Below, one piece after another: positions 15,401 to 30,357 of a stretch of 64,000 nt of DNA. The notes beneath the pieces are model-generated. The model searched no databases. It saw nothing but the letters and a program-made list of their open reading frames with translations, and had not been told where the DNA came from. The position numbers were made by a program, and so were the translations under genes. Location of the stretch: the NCBI GenBank assembly GCA_009914755.4, contig CP086569.2, positions 11,744,001 through 11,808,000 of the forward strand, in the 5' to 3' direction. This DNA comes from the human T2T-CHM13v2.0 reference genome, Homo sapiens. How positions within the stretch are numbered: the stretch's first letter is position 1; each line of letters starts with the position of its first letter.

Positions 15401-18026
15401 ATGGAATGGAATGGAATGGCATAGAATGGAATGGCATGGCATGTAATGGAATGGAATGGAATGAAATGGATTGGAAGGGGATGGGCCCAAAGAAATAGAC
15501 TCAAATAAAAGGGACTCAAATAGAATGAAGTGGAAAGAAACGGTCTCCAATGTAATTTATTCGAATAGAATGATATTGAATGGAATGCAATAGTATGGAA
15601 TGCTATCGAATAGTATGGAATAGAATGGAATGGAATGGAACGGAATGTAGTGCAATTGAACAGACTCAAATGCAATAAATTGCAATATAATTGATTCAAA
15701 TGGAATGGAATCGAATAGAATGTAAACAAATGGAATGGAAGGCAATGCAATGGAAAGGAATCGAATGAAATGGAATAAATGGAATGGAATGGAATGGAAA
15801 GGACGCGAATATATTGGACTGTTAAGGAAAGGTGTCGAATCGAATTTATTCCAATAGAATGGAATCGAATGGATTGCAATACTATTGAATCGAATCGAAT
15901 GGAATGGAATTGAATGGAATGGACAGGAATGGAATGAACTGGAAATGACTGGACAAGAACGTAATATATTGCAATGTAATTTATTCAAATGGAATGGAAT
16001 GCAATCGAATGGAATTGACTCGATTGGAATGGACTGGAGTGGAATGGATTTAAATGGAATGGAAAGGAATGTAATGTAAAGGAAGTGAAAGCAAAGGAAT
16101 CTACTGGAATAGAATCGAACGGAACAGAAAGGAATGGAAAGGAATGGAGTGGAATGGACTCGAATGGAATGTATTCGAATGTAATGGACCTGAAAGGAAT
16201 GGAATCCAATGGAATGGAATTGAATGGAATCAAAAGGAATAGAAAGGAATAGAGTGTAATTGAACGATATCGAATGGAAGGGAATGGAATGAACTCGAAT
16301 GGAATGCACTGGAATGGAATGGACTCGATCAGAACGGACTGTAGAGGAATGTACACAAATGGAATGGAAACGAATGGAATGCAATGAAATGGAATGGAAT
16401 GAAATGGAATTGAAAGGAACGGAACCAAATGGAATGGAATGGAATGGAATGGATTGGAATAGAATGGATTCAAATAAAATAGAATCAATGGGAATGGTAT
16501 TGAATGGAAGGGACTTGAATGGAATGGAAAGCAATGGAAGATATTGGAATCGAATGGCATCGAATGAAATGGAGTGGAACGGAATGGAACGGAACCGAAT
16601 GGAGTGGAATGGACTCAAATGTAATGGACTCGAATGGAATCGACTGAAATATAATAGTCTCGAAAGGAATGGCCTCGAGCGGAATTTATTTGAATAGAAT
16701 GGAATCAAATGGAATACAATAGTATTGAATGGAATCGAATGGAATGGAATCGAATGGAATGTAATCAAATGGAATGGAACGGAATTCAATATAATGGAGT
16801 AGAATGGAATGCATTGGAAAGGAGCAGAGTGGAATCGAGTGGAATGGAATCAAAGGGAACGAAATCGAATTGAATGGAGTTGTATGGAATTGACTCGAAA
16901 GGAATTGACGCGAAAGGAATTGAATCGAAAGGAATGGACTGGAACAAAAAGGAATCAAATGGACAGGAATGGGATGGAATGGACACGAATGGAATGGAGT
17001 CAAATGCAAACGTATCAAATGGAAAGGATTCAAATGGAATGCAATTGAATGGAATAGAAAGGAAGAGAATGGAATTGAGAGTAATGGAAAGATATCGATT
17101 GGAATGAAATGGAATGGAAAGGAATTGAATGGAAAGGAATGGAGTGGAAAGAAATGGATTGGAATGGAATGGTCTCCAATGGAATGGACTGGAGTGGAAT
17201 GGAATCGAATGGAATGAAAAGAATGGACCGGAATGGTACGGAAAGGAATAGAATGTTATGGAATCCGATTGGACAGAATGGAATGGAATGGAGTTTCATG
17301 AAATGGAGTCGAATAGAGTGGCATTAAAAGGAATGGAATGGAATGGAGAGGACTCAAAAGGAATGGACTCGAAAGGAATGGAGTCGAACTAAATTGAATC
17401 AAATGGATTGGAGTCGAACAGAATGGAATGGAATGGAATGAACTCGACTGGAGTAGAGAGGAATGTAAAGGAATAGAATGGAATGTAATCAAATGGATTG
17501 CAAGTGAATGGAATCAAAAATAATAGAAAGGAATGAAGTGTAACGGGATGATATTGACTGTAATGGAATGGAATGGAATTTAATGGAATGGAGACGAAGG
17601 AATGGACAGGAATGTAATGGACTCCAATGGAATGGAATGGATCAAAGTGGATTTGAACAGATTGGAATCGAACGGAATGGAATGCAATGGAATGGAATGG
17701 ACTCGAATGGAGAAGAGAGAAAAGGAATGGAAACGAATTCAATGGAATTGAAAAGAATAGGATGGAATGGCGTGTAATGGTAAGATACTAAATGGAATGG
17801 AATTGAATGGAATGGAATGGACCCAAATGTAATGCACTCGAAAGGAATATACTCAAATAGAATGGAATCGAAAGGAAAGGTCTCAAATGGAATTTATTCA
17901 ATACAATGGAATCGAATGGAATGCAATAGAATGGAATGGAATCGAATGTAATGGAATGAAATAGAATGGACCAGAATGGAATGGACTGCCATAGAACGGA
18001 CTGCAGTGTAATGGATTGAATTCTAA
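12461..18026 (+). repeat. HSat3 higher-order repeat copy 1 (full form, 5566 bp).
   Basis: The phase marker ttcattcaaatggaatggaattgaatggaatggaatccaatggaatggataggattgtactg sits at 12461 and next at 18027. This copy contains the about 2.2-kb segment that the short form lacks (about 13.67-15.92 kb). Confidence 0.8.
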
Positions 18027-21000
18027 TTCATTCAAATGGAATGGAATTGAATGGAATGGAATCCATTGGAATGGATAGGATTGTACTGGAATGGAATAGC
18101 ATGGAATGCAACGGAGTGGAATGGAGTTGAATGAAGTGGAATGGAATCGATTGGAATGGAATCAAATGGAATGGACGGGAATGGAATGGACTGGAAGAGA
18201 ACAGACTCAAATATAATGGATTGCAAAGTAATTGATTCAAATGGAATGGAATCGAATGGAATGTAATAAAATTGAAGGGATTTGAGTTCAATACAATGGA
18301 ATAAAATGGAATGCAAAGGAAAGGAAAGGTACGGAGTGAAATCGAGTGTAATGGAATCGAATGGAATGAAATCGAATGGAATGGACTCAAAAGAAATGGA
18401 CGAGGGACAAAACGGAATCGAACTGATTGGAATCGAACGGAACGGAATGGAATGGAATGGTCTCCATTGGATCTGAGTAGAACGGACTGGAATGGAATGG
18501 AATGAAATGGAATGGAAAGGAATAGAATGGAATGGAATGGAATGGAATGGAATGGAAGGTAATGGAAAGATATCGAACGGATTGGAAAGGAATGGAATGG
18601 ACCCTAATGGAATGGAATGGAATTCAACAGAAACGAATGGAATGGACTGGAGTGAAATGGAGTCGAATGTAATTGACTGGAGTGGAATGGACTCGAAAGG
18701 AATGGACTCGAATAGAATGGACTGGAATGGATTGTACTCGAATGGAGTTGAAAGGAATAAAATGGATTCCACCAGATTGGAATGGAACAGAATGTAATGG
18801 AATGGAATGGAATGCAATGGAATAGCTCCAATGGAATGGAGTCGAATGCAATGGAACAGAAAGGAAAGGAATTGAATGGAATTGAAAGTAATAGAACAAA
18901 ATGGAGTGCAAAGGAAAGATATTGAATGGAATGGATCGAAAAGAAATCGAATGGAATGGTCAGGAATGGAATGGAATAGAATGGAATAGACTGGCGTGCA
19001 ATGAAAACGAATGGAATGGAAACGAATGGAATGCAATGGAAAGGAATGGAGTAGAATAAATACTATGGAATGGAATGGAGGCGAAAGGAAAAGAATGGAT
19101 TGGAATGTCACCGAATGGAAAGATATGCAATGGAAAGGAATGGATACGAATGTAATGGAATAGAAAGGAATGGAAAGGTAAAGAATGGAATGGAATCGGA
19201 TAGAATGGAATGCAATGTAATGGAGTCGAATGGAAAATAATCGTGTAGAATGATATCGAATGGAATGGAATTGAATGGAATGGAATGGAATGGAATGAAC
19301 TGGAAGTGAATGGACAAGAACGTATTATATTTCAATGTAATTTATTCAAATGGAATGGAATGCAATCGAATGGAATGGACTCTATTGGAATGGACTGGAG
19401 TGGAATGGACTCAAATGGAATGGAATGGAATGGAATGGAATGGAATGGAAAGCAAAGGAATCTACTGGAATAGAATCGAACGGAACAGAAAGGAATGGAA
19501 TGGAATGGAGTGGAATGGACTCAAATGGAATGTATTCGAATGTAGTGGACCTGAAAGGAATGGAATCCAATGGAATGGAATTGAATGGAATCAAAAGGAA
19601 TAGAAAGGAATAGAGTGTAATTGAATGATATCGAATGGAAGGGAATAGAATGAACTCGAATGGAATGCACTGGAATGGAATGGACTCGATCAGAACGGAC
19701 TGGAGAGGAATGTACACAAATGGAATGGAAATGAATGGAATGGAATGAAATGGAATTCAATGAAATGGAATTGAAAGGAACGAAATCAAATGGAATGGAA
19801 TGGAATGGAATGGATTGCAATAGAATGGATTCAAATAAAATAGAATCGATGGGAATGGTATTGAATGAAAGGGATTTGAATGGAATGGAAAGCAATGGAA
19901 GATATTGGAATCGAATGGCATCGAATGAAATGGAACGGAACGGAATGGAACGGAACCGAATGGAATGGAATGGACTCAAATGTAATGGACTCCAATGGAA
20001 TCGACTGAAATATAATAGTGTCGAAAGGAATGGCCTCGAGCGGAATTTATTTGAATAGAATGGAATCAAATGCAACACAATACCATTGAATTGAATCGTA
20101 TGGAATGGAATCGAATGGAATGTAATCAAATGGAATGGAACGGAATTCAATATAATGGAGTAGAATGGAATGCATTGGAAAGGAGCAGAGTGGAATCGAG
20201 TGGAATGGAATCGAGTGGAATGGAATCAATGGGAACAAAATCGAAATGAATGGACTTGAATGGAATTGACTCAAAAGGAATTGACTCGAAAGGAATGGAC
20301 TAGAACAAAAAGGAATCAAATGGACAGGAATGGGATGGAATGGACACGAATGGAATGGAGTCAAATGCAAACGCATCGAATAGAATGTATTCAAATGGAA
20401 TGCAATTGAATGGAATAGAAAGGAAGAGAATGGAATTGAGAGTAATGGAAAGATATCGAATGGAATGAAATGGAATGGAAAGGAATTGAATGGAAAGGAA
20501 TGGAGTGGAAAGAAATGGATTGGAATGGAATGGTCTCCAATGGAATGGACTGGAGTGGAATGGAATCGAATGGAATGAAAAGAATGGACCGGAATGGTAC
20601 GGAAAGGAATAGAATGTTATGGAATCCGATTGGACAGAATGGAATGGAATGGAGTTTCATGAAATGGAGTCGAATAGAGTGGCATCAAAAGGAATGGAAT
20701 GGAATGGAGTGGACTCAAAAGGAATGGACTCGAAAGGAATGGAGTCGAACTAAATTGAATCAAATGGATTGGAGTCGAACAGAATGGAATGGAATGGAAT
20801 GAACTCGACTGGAGTAGAGAGGAATGTAAAGGAATAGAATGGAATGTAATCAAATGGATTGCAAGTGAATGGAATCAAAAATAATCGAAAGGAATGGAGT
20901 GTAACGGGATGATGTTGACTATAATGGAATGGAATGGAATTTAATGGAATGGAGTCGAAGGAATGGACAGGAATGTAATGGACTCCAATGGAATGGAATG

Positions 21001-21387
21001 GATCAAAATGGATTTGAACAGATTGGAATCGAACGGAATGGAATGCAATGGAATGGAATGGACTCGAATGGAGAAGAGATAAATGGAATGGAAACGAATT
21101 CAATGGAATTGTAAAGAATAGGATGGAATGGCGTGTAATGGTAAGATACTAAATGGAATGGAATTGAATGGAATGGAATGGACCCAAATGAAATGCACTC
21201 GAAAGGAATATACTCAAGTAGAATGGAATCGAAAGGAAAGGTCTCAAATGGAATTTATTCAATACAATGGAATCGAATGGAATGCAATAGAATGGAATGG
21301 AATCGAATGTAATGGAATCAAATAGAATGGACCAGAATGGAATGGACTGCCATAGAACGGACTGCAGTGTAATGGATTGAATTCTAA
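18027..21387 (+). repeat. HOR copy 2, short deletion variant (3361 bp).
   Basis: The phase marker sits at 18027 and 21388. The segment holding the peptides MELNVMNSNG, MNAWNGIESNAMEWN and MEWTGMERTRMKW is absent. The junction lies near 19250-19325. Confidence 0.8.
19250..19325 (+). other. Deletion junction of the 3361-bp HOR variant (first copy).
   Basis: gatatcgaatggaatggaattgaatggaatggaatggaatggaatgaactggaagtgaatggacaagaacg joins sequence that is about 2.25 kb apart in full copies. In copy 1 the left flank gatatcgaatggaatggaattt sits at about 13663 and the right flank atcgaatggaatggaattgaatgg...gaactggaaatgactggacaagaacg sits at about 15914-15962. Confidence 0.7.
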
Positions 21388-24300
21388 TTCATTCAAATGG
21401 AATGGAATTGAATGGAATGGAATCCAATGGAATGGATAGGATTGTACTGGAATGGAATAGCATGGAATGCAACGGAGTGGAATGGAGTTGAATGAAGTGG
21501 AATGGAATCGATCGGAATGGAATCAAATGGAATGGACGGGAATGGAATGGACTGGAAGAGAACAGACTTGAATTTAATGGATTGTAATGTAATTGATTCA
21601 AATGGAATGGAATCGAATGGAATGTAATAAAATTGAAGGGATTTGAGTTCAATACAATGGAATAAAATGGAATGCAAAGGAAAGGAAAGGTACGGAGTGA
21701 AATCGAGTGTAATGGAATCGAATGGAAAGAATTCGAATGGAATGGAATCAAAAGAAATGGACGAGGGACAAAACGGAATCGAACTGATTGGAATCGAATG
21801 GAACGGAAGGGAATGGAATGGTCTCCATTGGATCGGAGTAGAACGGCCTGGAATGGAATGGAATGAAATGGAATGGAAAGGAATAGAATGGAATGGAATG
21901 GAATGGAATGGAATGGAATGGAAAGATATCGAACGGATTGGAAAGGAATGGAATGGACCCTAATGGAATGGAATGGAATTCAACAGAAACGAATGGAATG
22001 GACTGGAGTGAAATGGAGTCGAATGTAATTGACTGGAGTGGAATGGACTCGAAAGGAATGGACTCGAATAGAATGGACTGGAATGGATTGTACTCGAATG
22101 GAGTTGAAAGGAATAAAATGGATTCCACCAGATTGGAATGGAACAGAATGTAATGGAATGGAATGGAATGGAATGCAATGGAATAGCTCCAATGGAATGG
22201 AGTCGAATGCAATGGAACAGAAAGGAAAGGAATTGAATGGAATTGAAAGTAATAGAACAAAATGGAGTGCAAAGGAAAGATATTGAATGGAATGGATCGA
22301 AAAGAAATCGAATGGAATGGACAGGAATGGAATGGAATAGAATGGAATAGACTGGCGTGCAATGAAAACGAATGGAATGGAAACGAATGGAATGCAATGG
22401 AAAGGAATGGAGTAGAATAAATACTATGGAATGGAATGGAGGCGAAAGGAAAAGAATGGATTGGAATGTCACCGAATGGAAAGATATGCAATGGAAAGGA
22501 ATGGATACGAATGTAATGGAATAGAAAGGAATGGAAAGGTAAAGAATGGAATGGAATCGGATAGAATGGAATGCAATGTAATGGAGTCGAATGGAAAATA
22601 ATCGTGTAGAATGATATCAAATGGAATGGAATTGAATGGAATGGAATGGAATGGAATGAACTGGAAGTGAATGGACAAGAACGTATTATATTTCAATGTA
22701 ATTTATTCAAATGGAATGGAATGCAATCGAATGGAATGGACTCTATTGGAATGGACTGGAGTGGAATGGACTCAAATGGAATGGAATGGAATGGAATGGA
22801 ATGGAATGGAAAGCAAAGGAATCTACTGGAATAGAATCGAACGGAACAGAAAGGAATGGAATGGAATGGAGTGGAATGGACTCAAATGGAATGTATTCGA
22901 ATGTAGTGGACCTGAAAGGAATGGAATCCAATGGAATGGAATTGAATGGAATCAAAAGGAATAGAAAGGAATAGAGTGTAATTGAATGATATCGAATGGA
23001 AGGGAATAGAATGAACTCGAATGGAATGCACTGGAATGGAATGGACTCGATCAGAACGGACTGGAGAGGAATGTACACAAATGGAATGGAAACGAATGGA
23101 ATGGAATGAAATGGAATTCAATGAAATGGAATTGAAAGGAACGAAATCAAATGGAATGGAATGGAATGGAATGGATTGCAATAGAATGGATTCAAATAAA
23201 ATAGAATCGATGGGAATGGTATTGAATGAAAGGGATTTGAATGGAATGGAAAGCAATGGAAGATATTGGAATCGAATGGCATCGAATGAAATGGAATGGA
23301 ACGGAATGGAACGGAACCGAATGGAATGGAATGGACTCAAATGTAATGGACTCCAATGGAATCGACTGAAATATAATAGTGTCGAAAGGAATGGCCTCGA
23401 GCGGAATTTATTTGAATAGAATGGAATCAAATGCAACACAATACCATTGAATTGAATCGTATGGAATGGAATCGAATGGAATGTAATCAAATGGAATGGA
23501 ACGGAATTCAATATAATGGAGTAGAATGGAATGCATTGGAAAGGAGCAGAGTGGAATCGAGTGGAATGGAATCGAGTGGAATGGAATCAATGGGAACAAA
23601 ATCGAAATGAATGGACTTGAATGGAATTGACTCAAAAGGAATTGACTCGAAAGGAATGGACTAGAACAAAAAGGAATCAAATGGACAGGAATGGGATGGA
23701 ATGGACACGAATGGAATGGAGTCAAATGCAAACGCATCGAATAGAATGTATTCAAATGGAATGCAATTGAATGGAATAGAAAGGAAGAGAATGGAATTGA
23801 GAGTAATGGAAAGATATCGAATGGAATGAAATGGAATGGAAAGGAATTGAATGGAAAGGAATGGAGTGGAAAGAAATGGATTGGAATGGAATGGTCTCCA
23901 ATGGAATGGACTGGAGTGGAATGGAATCGAATGGAATGAAAAGAATGGACCGGAATGGTACGGAAAGGAATAGAATGTTATGGAATCCGATTGGACAGAA
24001 TGGAATGGAATGGAGTTTCATGAAATGGAGTCGAATAGAGTGGCATCAAAAGGAATGGAATGGAATGGAGTGGACTCAAAAGGAATGGACTCGAAAGGAA
24101 TGGAGTCCAACCAAATTGAATCAAATGGATTGGAGTCGAACAGAATGGAATGGAATGGAATGAACTCGACTGGAGTAGAGAGGAATGTAAAGGAATAGAA
24201 TGGAATGTAATCAAATGGATTGCAAGTGAATGGAATCAAAAATAATCGAAAGGAATGGAGTGTAACGGGATGATATTGACTATAATGGAATGGAATGGAA

Positions 24301-24748
24301 TTTAATGGAATGGAGTCGAAGGAATGGACAGGAATGTAATGGACTCCAATGGAATGGAATGGATCAAAATGGATTTGAACAGATTGGAATCGAACGGAAT
24401 GGAATGCAATGGAATGGAATGGACTCGAATGGAGAAGAGATAAATGGAATGGAAACGAATTCAATGGAATTGTAAAGAATAGGATGGAATGGCGTGTAAT
24501 GGTAAGATACTAAATGGAATGGAATTGAATGGAATGGAATGGACCCAAATGAAATGCACTCGAAAGGAATATACTCAAGTAGAATGGAATCGAAAGGAAA
24601 GGTCTCAAATGGAATTTATTCAATACAATGGAATCGAATGGAATGCAATAGAATGGAATGGAATCGAATGTAATGGAATCAAATAGAATGGACCAGAATG
24701 GAATGGACTGCCATAGAACGGACTGCAGTGTAATGGATTGAATTCTAA
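21388..24748 (+). repeat. HOR copy 3, short deletion variant (3361 bp). It is near-identical to copy 2.
   Basis: The phase marker sits at 21388 and 24749. The ORF peptides at 22646, 22671, 22711 and 22743 are identical to those at 19285, 19310, 19350 and 19382. The junction lies near 22620-22695. Confidence 0.8.
22620..22695 (+). other. Deletion junction of the 3361-bp HOR variant (second copy). It is the same junction as at 19250-19325.
   Basis: gatatcaaatggaatggaattgaatggaatggaatggaatggaatgaactggaagtgaatggacaagaacg. It is identical apart from a single cg>ca change. Confidence 0.7.
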
Positions 24749-27700
24749 TTCATTCAAATGGAATGGAATTGAATGGAATGGAATCCAATGGAATGGATAG
24801 GATTGTACTGGAATGGAATAGCATGGAATGCAACGGAGTGGAATGGAGTTGAATGAAGTGGAATGGAATCGATCGGAATGGAATCAAATGGAATGGACGG
24901 GAATGGAATGGACTGGAAGAGAACAGACTTGAATTTAATGGATTGTAATGTAATTGATTCAAATGGAATGGAATCGAATGGAATGTAATAAAATTGAAGG
25001 GATTTGAGTTCAATACAATGGAATAAAATGGAATGCAAAGGAAAGGAAAGGTACGGAGTGAAATCGAGTGTAATGGAATCGAATGGAAAGAATTCGAATG
25101 GAATGGAATCAAAAGAAATGGACGAGGGACAAAACGGAATCGAACTGATTGGAATCGAATGGAACGGAATGGAATGGAATGGTCTTCATTGGATCGGAGT
25201 AGAACGGCCTGCAATGGAATGGAATGAAATGGAATGGAAAGGAATAGAATGGAATGGAATGGAATGGAATGGAATGGAATGGAAAGATATCGAACGGATT
25301 GGAAAGGAATGGAATGGACCCTAATGGAATGGAATGGAATTCAACAGAAACGAATGGAATGGACTGGAGTGAAATGGAGTCGAATGTAATTGACTGGAGT
25401 GGAATGGACTCGAAAGGAATGGACTCGAATAGAATGGACTGGAATGGATTGTACTCGAATGGAGTGAAAGGGATAAAATGGATTCCACCAGATTGGAATG
25501 GAACAGAATGTAATGGAATGGAATGGAATGGAATGTAATGGAATAGCTCCAATGGAATGGAGTCGAATGCAATGGAACAGAAAGGAAAGGAATTGAATGG
25601 AATTGAAAGTAATAGAACAAAATGGAGTGCAAAGGAAAGATATTGAATGGAATGGATAGAAAAGAAATCGAATGGAATGGACAGGAATGGAATGGAATAG
25701 AATGGAATAGACTGGCGTGCAATGAAAACGAATGGAATGGAAACGAATGGAATGCAATGGAAAGGAATGGAGTAGAATAAATACTATGGAATGGAATGGA
25801 GGCGAAAGGAAAAGAATGGATTGGAATGTCACCGAATGGAAAGATATGGAATGGAAAGTAATGGATACGAATGGAAGGGAATAGAAAGGAACGGAAAGGT
25901 AAAGAATGGAATGGAATCGGATACAATGGAATGCAATGTAATGGAGTCGAATGGAAAATAATCGTGTAGAATGATATCGAATGGAATGGAATGGAATGGA
26001 ATGAAATGGAATGGAATGGAATGAAATGGAATGGAATGGAATGGAATGGAATGGACTAGAATGGAATGTACTCAAATGGATTAGAATAGAATGGAATGGA
26101 ACTAAACGTAATGAACTCGAATGGAATGGACACAAATAGAATGGAAGAGAAAGGAATGGTATTGAATGGAATTTATTCGAATAGAGTGGAATTCAATGGA
26201 ATGCAACAGTGTGGCATGGAATCAAATGGAATGGAATCGAATGGAATGGACCCGAGTGGAATGGACTCACATAGAACAGCCTCGATTGTAATGGATGACA
26301 ATGTATTAGATTCGAAAGGACTGAAATCGAATGGAATGTAATCAAGTAGAACGGAATTGAATGCATGGAATGGCATAGAAAGTAACGCAATGGAATGGAA
26401 TAGACTGGAATGGAATGGAATCGGATGGAATGTAATGAAATGTAATGGAAGGAATGCCATGGAATGGAATGGAATGGAATGCAATGTGACGGTGTATAAT
26501 GGAGTGCAATGGATTTCAGTGGAATGTAGTCAAAAGGAAAGAAATAGAATGGAATTCAATATAATGGAATGGCATCCAATGGCAAGGAATGGAGCGGACT
26601 CCAATGGAAACGAAATGAAAGGAATATAATATAATGGAATGGCATTGAACGAAATGGAATGCAATGGAGTTAAAAGGTAAAATATCGAATGGAAAAGAAT
26701 TGAATGGACGCGAAAGGAATATAATGGAATGGAATGGACTCGAATGGAATGTACTAGAGTTGAATGGAATCGAATGGAATGGAAAACAATGGAAAGGAAA
26801 GGAAGGGAATTGAAAGGAAAGGAATAGAATGGAATGGAATCGGATGGAACGGAATTGAATTGTATGGAAACTAAAGGAATAGAATAGATAGGAATCGTAT
26901 TGAATGGAATGGAATGGAATGGAATCAGATGGAACAGAAAGGAATGGAATAGAATAGAATGGAACGGCATCGAATGGATGAAATGGCATGTAATGGAATG
27001 GAATAGAAAGGAATGGAATGGACTCGAATGGAATGTACTCAAATGGAATAGAATAGAATGGAATGGAAGTAAATATAATGGACTCGAATGGAATGCATTG
27101 GAATAAATTGGAATTGAGTGTATTGGATTCGAATGGAAAGGAATGGAATGGAATGGAATGGAATGGAATGGAATGGAATGGAATGGAATCGAATGGAATG
27201 GAACGAATTGGAATGTAATTGAATGGAGTCAAAAACAGTAGAAAGAAATAAAGTTTCATCGAATGATATCGAATGGAATTGAATGGAATGTACGCGAATG
27301 GAATGGACTGGAATGGAATGGAGTGACATGTAACGGAATCGAAAGGAATGGAATCCAATGAAATGGAATTGAATGGAATAGAAATGAATAGAATGGAATG
27401 GAGATTAATGGAAAGATATTAAAATAATGGAATGGAATTGAGTGGACACGAATGGAATGGACTGGAATGAAAGGACTCGAATGAAATGGAGCGCATTAGA
27501 ATGGACTCGAATGGAATGGATTGGAGTGGAATGGTCTCGAATGGATTGGAAAGGAATAGAATGGAATGTAATCCAATGGAACGAAATGGAATGGAATGGA
27601 TTCGACTGGAGCAGAGTTGAATGGAGTGGAATTGAATGGAATGGAATGCAATCGAATGGAATGGACACGAATTGAATAGAATGAAATGAAATGGCATAGA

Positions 27701-30357
27701 ATGGAATGGAATGGAATGGAATGGAATGGAATGGAATGGAATGGTATGGCGTGGAATGGAATGGCATGGCATGGTATGGAATGGAATGGAATGGAATGAA
27801 ATGGATTGGAATGGGATGGGCCCAAAAGTAATAGACTCAAATAAAAGGGACTCAAATAGAATGAAGTGGAAAGAAATGGTCTCGAATGTAATTTATTCGA
27901 ATAGAATGATATTGAATGGAATGCAATAGTATGGAATGGTATCGAATAGAATGGAATAGAATGGAATGGAATGGAACGGAATGGAGTGCAATTGAACGGA
28001 CTCAAATGCAATAAATTGCAATATAATTGATTCAAATGTAATGGAATCGGATAGAATGTAAACAAATGGAATGGAAGGCAATGCAATGGAAAGGAATCGA
28101 ATGAAATGGAATAAATGGAATGGAATGGAATGGAAAGGATTCGAATATATAGGACTGTTAACGAAAGTTGTCGAATCGAATTTATTCCAATAGAATGGAA
28201 TCGAATGGAATGCAATACTATTGAATCGAATCGAATGGAATGGAATTGAATGGAATGGACAGGAATGGAATGAACTGGAAGTGAATGGACAGGAACGTAA
28301 TATATTGCTATGTAAGTTATTCAAATGGAATGGAATGCAATCGAATGGAATGGACTCGAATGGAATGGACTGGAATGGAATGGACTCAAATGGAATGGAA
28401 AGGAATGTAATGGAATGGAATGGAAAGCAAAGGAATCTACTGGAATAGAATCGAACGGAACAGAAAGGAATGGAATGGAATGGAGTGGAATGGACTCGAA
28501 TGGAATGTATTCGAATGTAATGGACCTGAAAGGAATGGAATCCAATGGAATGAAACTGAATGGAATCAAAAGGAATAGAAAGGAATAGAGTGTAATTGAA
28601 TGATATCGAAAGGAAGGGAATGGAATGAACTCGAATGGAATGCACTGGAATGGAATGGACTCGATCAAAACGGACTGGAGAGGAATGTACACAAATGGAA
28701 TGGAAACGAATGGAATGGAATGAAATGGAATGGAATGAAATGGAATTGAAAGGAACGGAATCAAATGGAATGGAATGGAATGGATTGGAATAGAATGGAT
28801 TCAAATAAAATAGAATCGATGGTAATGGTATTGAATGAAAGGGACTTGAATGGAATGGAAAGCAATGGAAGATATTGGAATCGAATGGCATCAAATGAAA
28901 TGGAATGGAACGGAATGGAACGGAACCGAATGGAATGGAATGGACTCAAATGTAATGGACTCCAATGGAATCGACTGAAATATAATAGTGTCGAAAGGAA
29001 TGGCCTCGAGCGGAATTTATTTGAATAGAATGGAATCAAATGGAATACAATACCATTGAATGGAATCGAATGGAATGGAATCGAATGGAATGGAATCAAA
29101 TGGAATGGAACGGAATTCAATATAATGGAGTAGCATGGAATGCATTGGAAAGGAGCAGAGTGGAATCGATTGGAATGGAATCGAGTGGAATGGAATCAAT
29201 GGGAACAAAATCGAATTGAATGGACTTGAATGGAATTGACTCGAAAGGAATTGACTCGAAAGGAATGGACTGGAACAAAAAGGAATCAAATGGACAGGAA
29301 TGGTATGGAATGGACACGAATGGAATGGAGTCAAATGCAAACGCATCGAATGGCATGGATTCAAATGGAATGCAATTGAATGGAATAGAAAGGAAGAGAA
29401 TGGAATTGAGAGTAATGGAAAGATATCGATTGGAATGAAATGGATTGGAAAGGAATTGAACGAAAAGGAATGGAGTGGAAAGAAATGGATTGGAATGGAA
29501 TGTTCTCTAATGGAATGGACTGGAATGGAATGGAATCGAATGGAATGAAAAGAATGGAACGGAATGGAACGGAAAGGAATAGAACGTTATGGAATCCGAT
29601 TGGACAGAATGGAATGGAATGGAGTTTCATGAAATGGAGTCGAATAGAGTGTCCTCAAAAGGAATGGAATGGAATGGAGTGGACTCAAAAGGAATGGACT
29701 CGAAAGGAATGGAGTCCAACCAAATTGAATCAAATGGATTGGAGTCGAACAGAATGGAATGGAATGGAATGAAGTCGACTGGAGTAGAGAGGAATGAAAA
29801 GGAATAGAATGGAATGTAATCAAATGGATTGCAAGTGAATGGAATCAAAAATAATAGAAAGGAATGGAGTGTAAAGGGATGATATTGAATTAAATGGAAT
29901 GGAATGGAATTTAATGGAATGGAGACGAAGGAATGGACAGGAATGTAATGGACTCCAATGGAATGGAATGGATCAAAATGGATTTGAACAGATTGGAATC
30001 GAACGGAATGGAATGCAATGGAATGGAATGGACTCGAATGGAGAAGAGACAAATGGAATGGAAACGAATTCAATGGAATTGAAAAGAATAGGATGGAATG
30101 GCGTGTAATGGTAAGATACTAAATGGAATGGAATTGAATGGAATGGAATGGACCCAAATGTAATGCACTCGAAAGGAATATACTCAAATAGAATGGAATC
30201 GAAAGGAAAGGTCTCAAATGGAATTTATTCAATACAATGGAATCGAATGGAATGCAATAGAATGGAATGGAATCGAATGTAATGGAATCAAATAGAATGG
30301 ACCAGAATGGAATGGACTGCCATAGAACGGACTGCAGTGTAATGGATTGAATTCTAA
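24749..30357 (+). repeat. HOR copy 4 (full form, 5609 bp).
   Basis: The phase marker sits at 24749 and 30358. It contains the MELNVMNSNG marker at 26096 and the MDTNGMDWNERTRMKW marker at 27442. Confidence 0.8.

Noticed and set aside
18027-24748. Interpreting the 3361-bp units as a distinct, independent satellite family, for example a DYZ1-like 3.5-kb unit.
   Set aside because: They are collinear with and near-identical to the flanking 5.6-kb copies outside one contiguous missing block, and share a single junction. A deletion derivative of the local HOR is the simpler explanation. The length also does not match the about 3.56-kb DYZ1 unit as I recall it.
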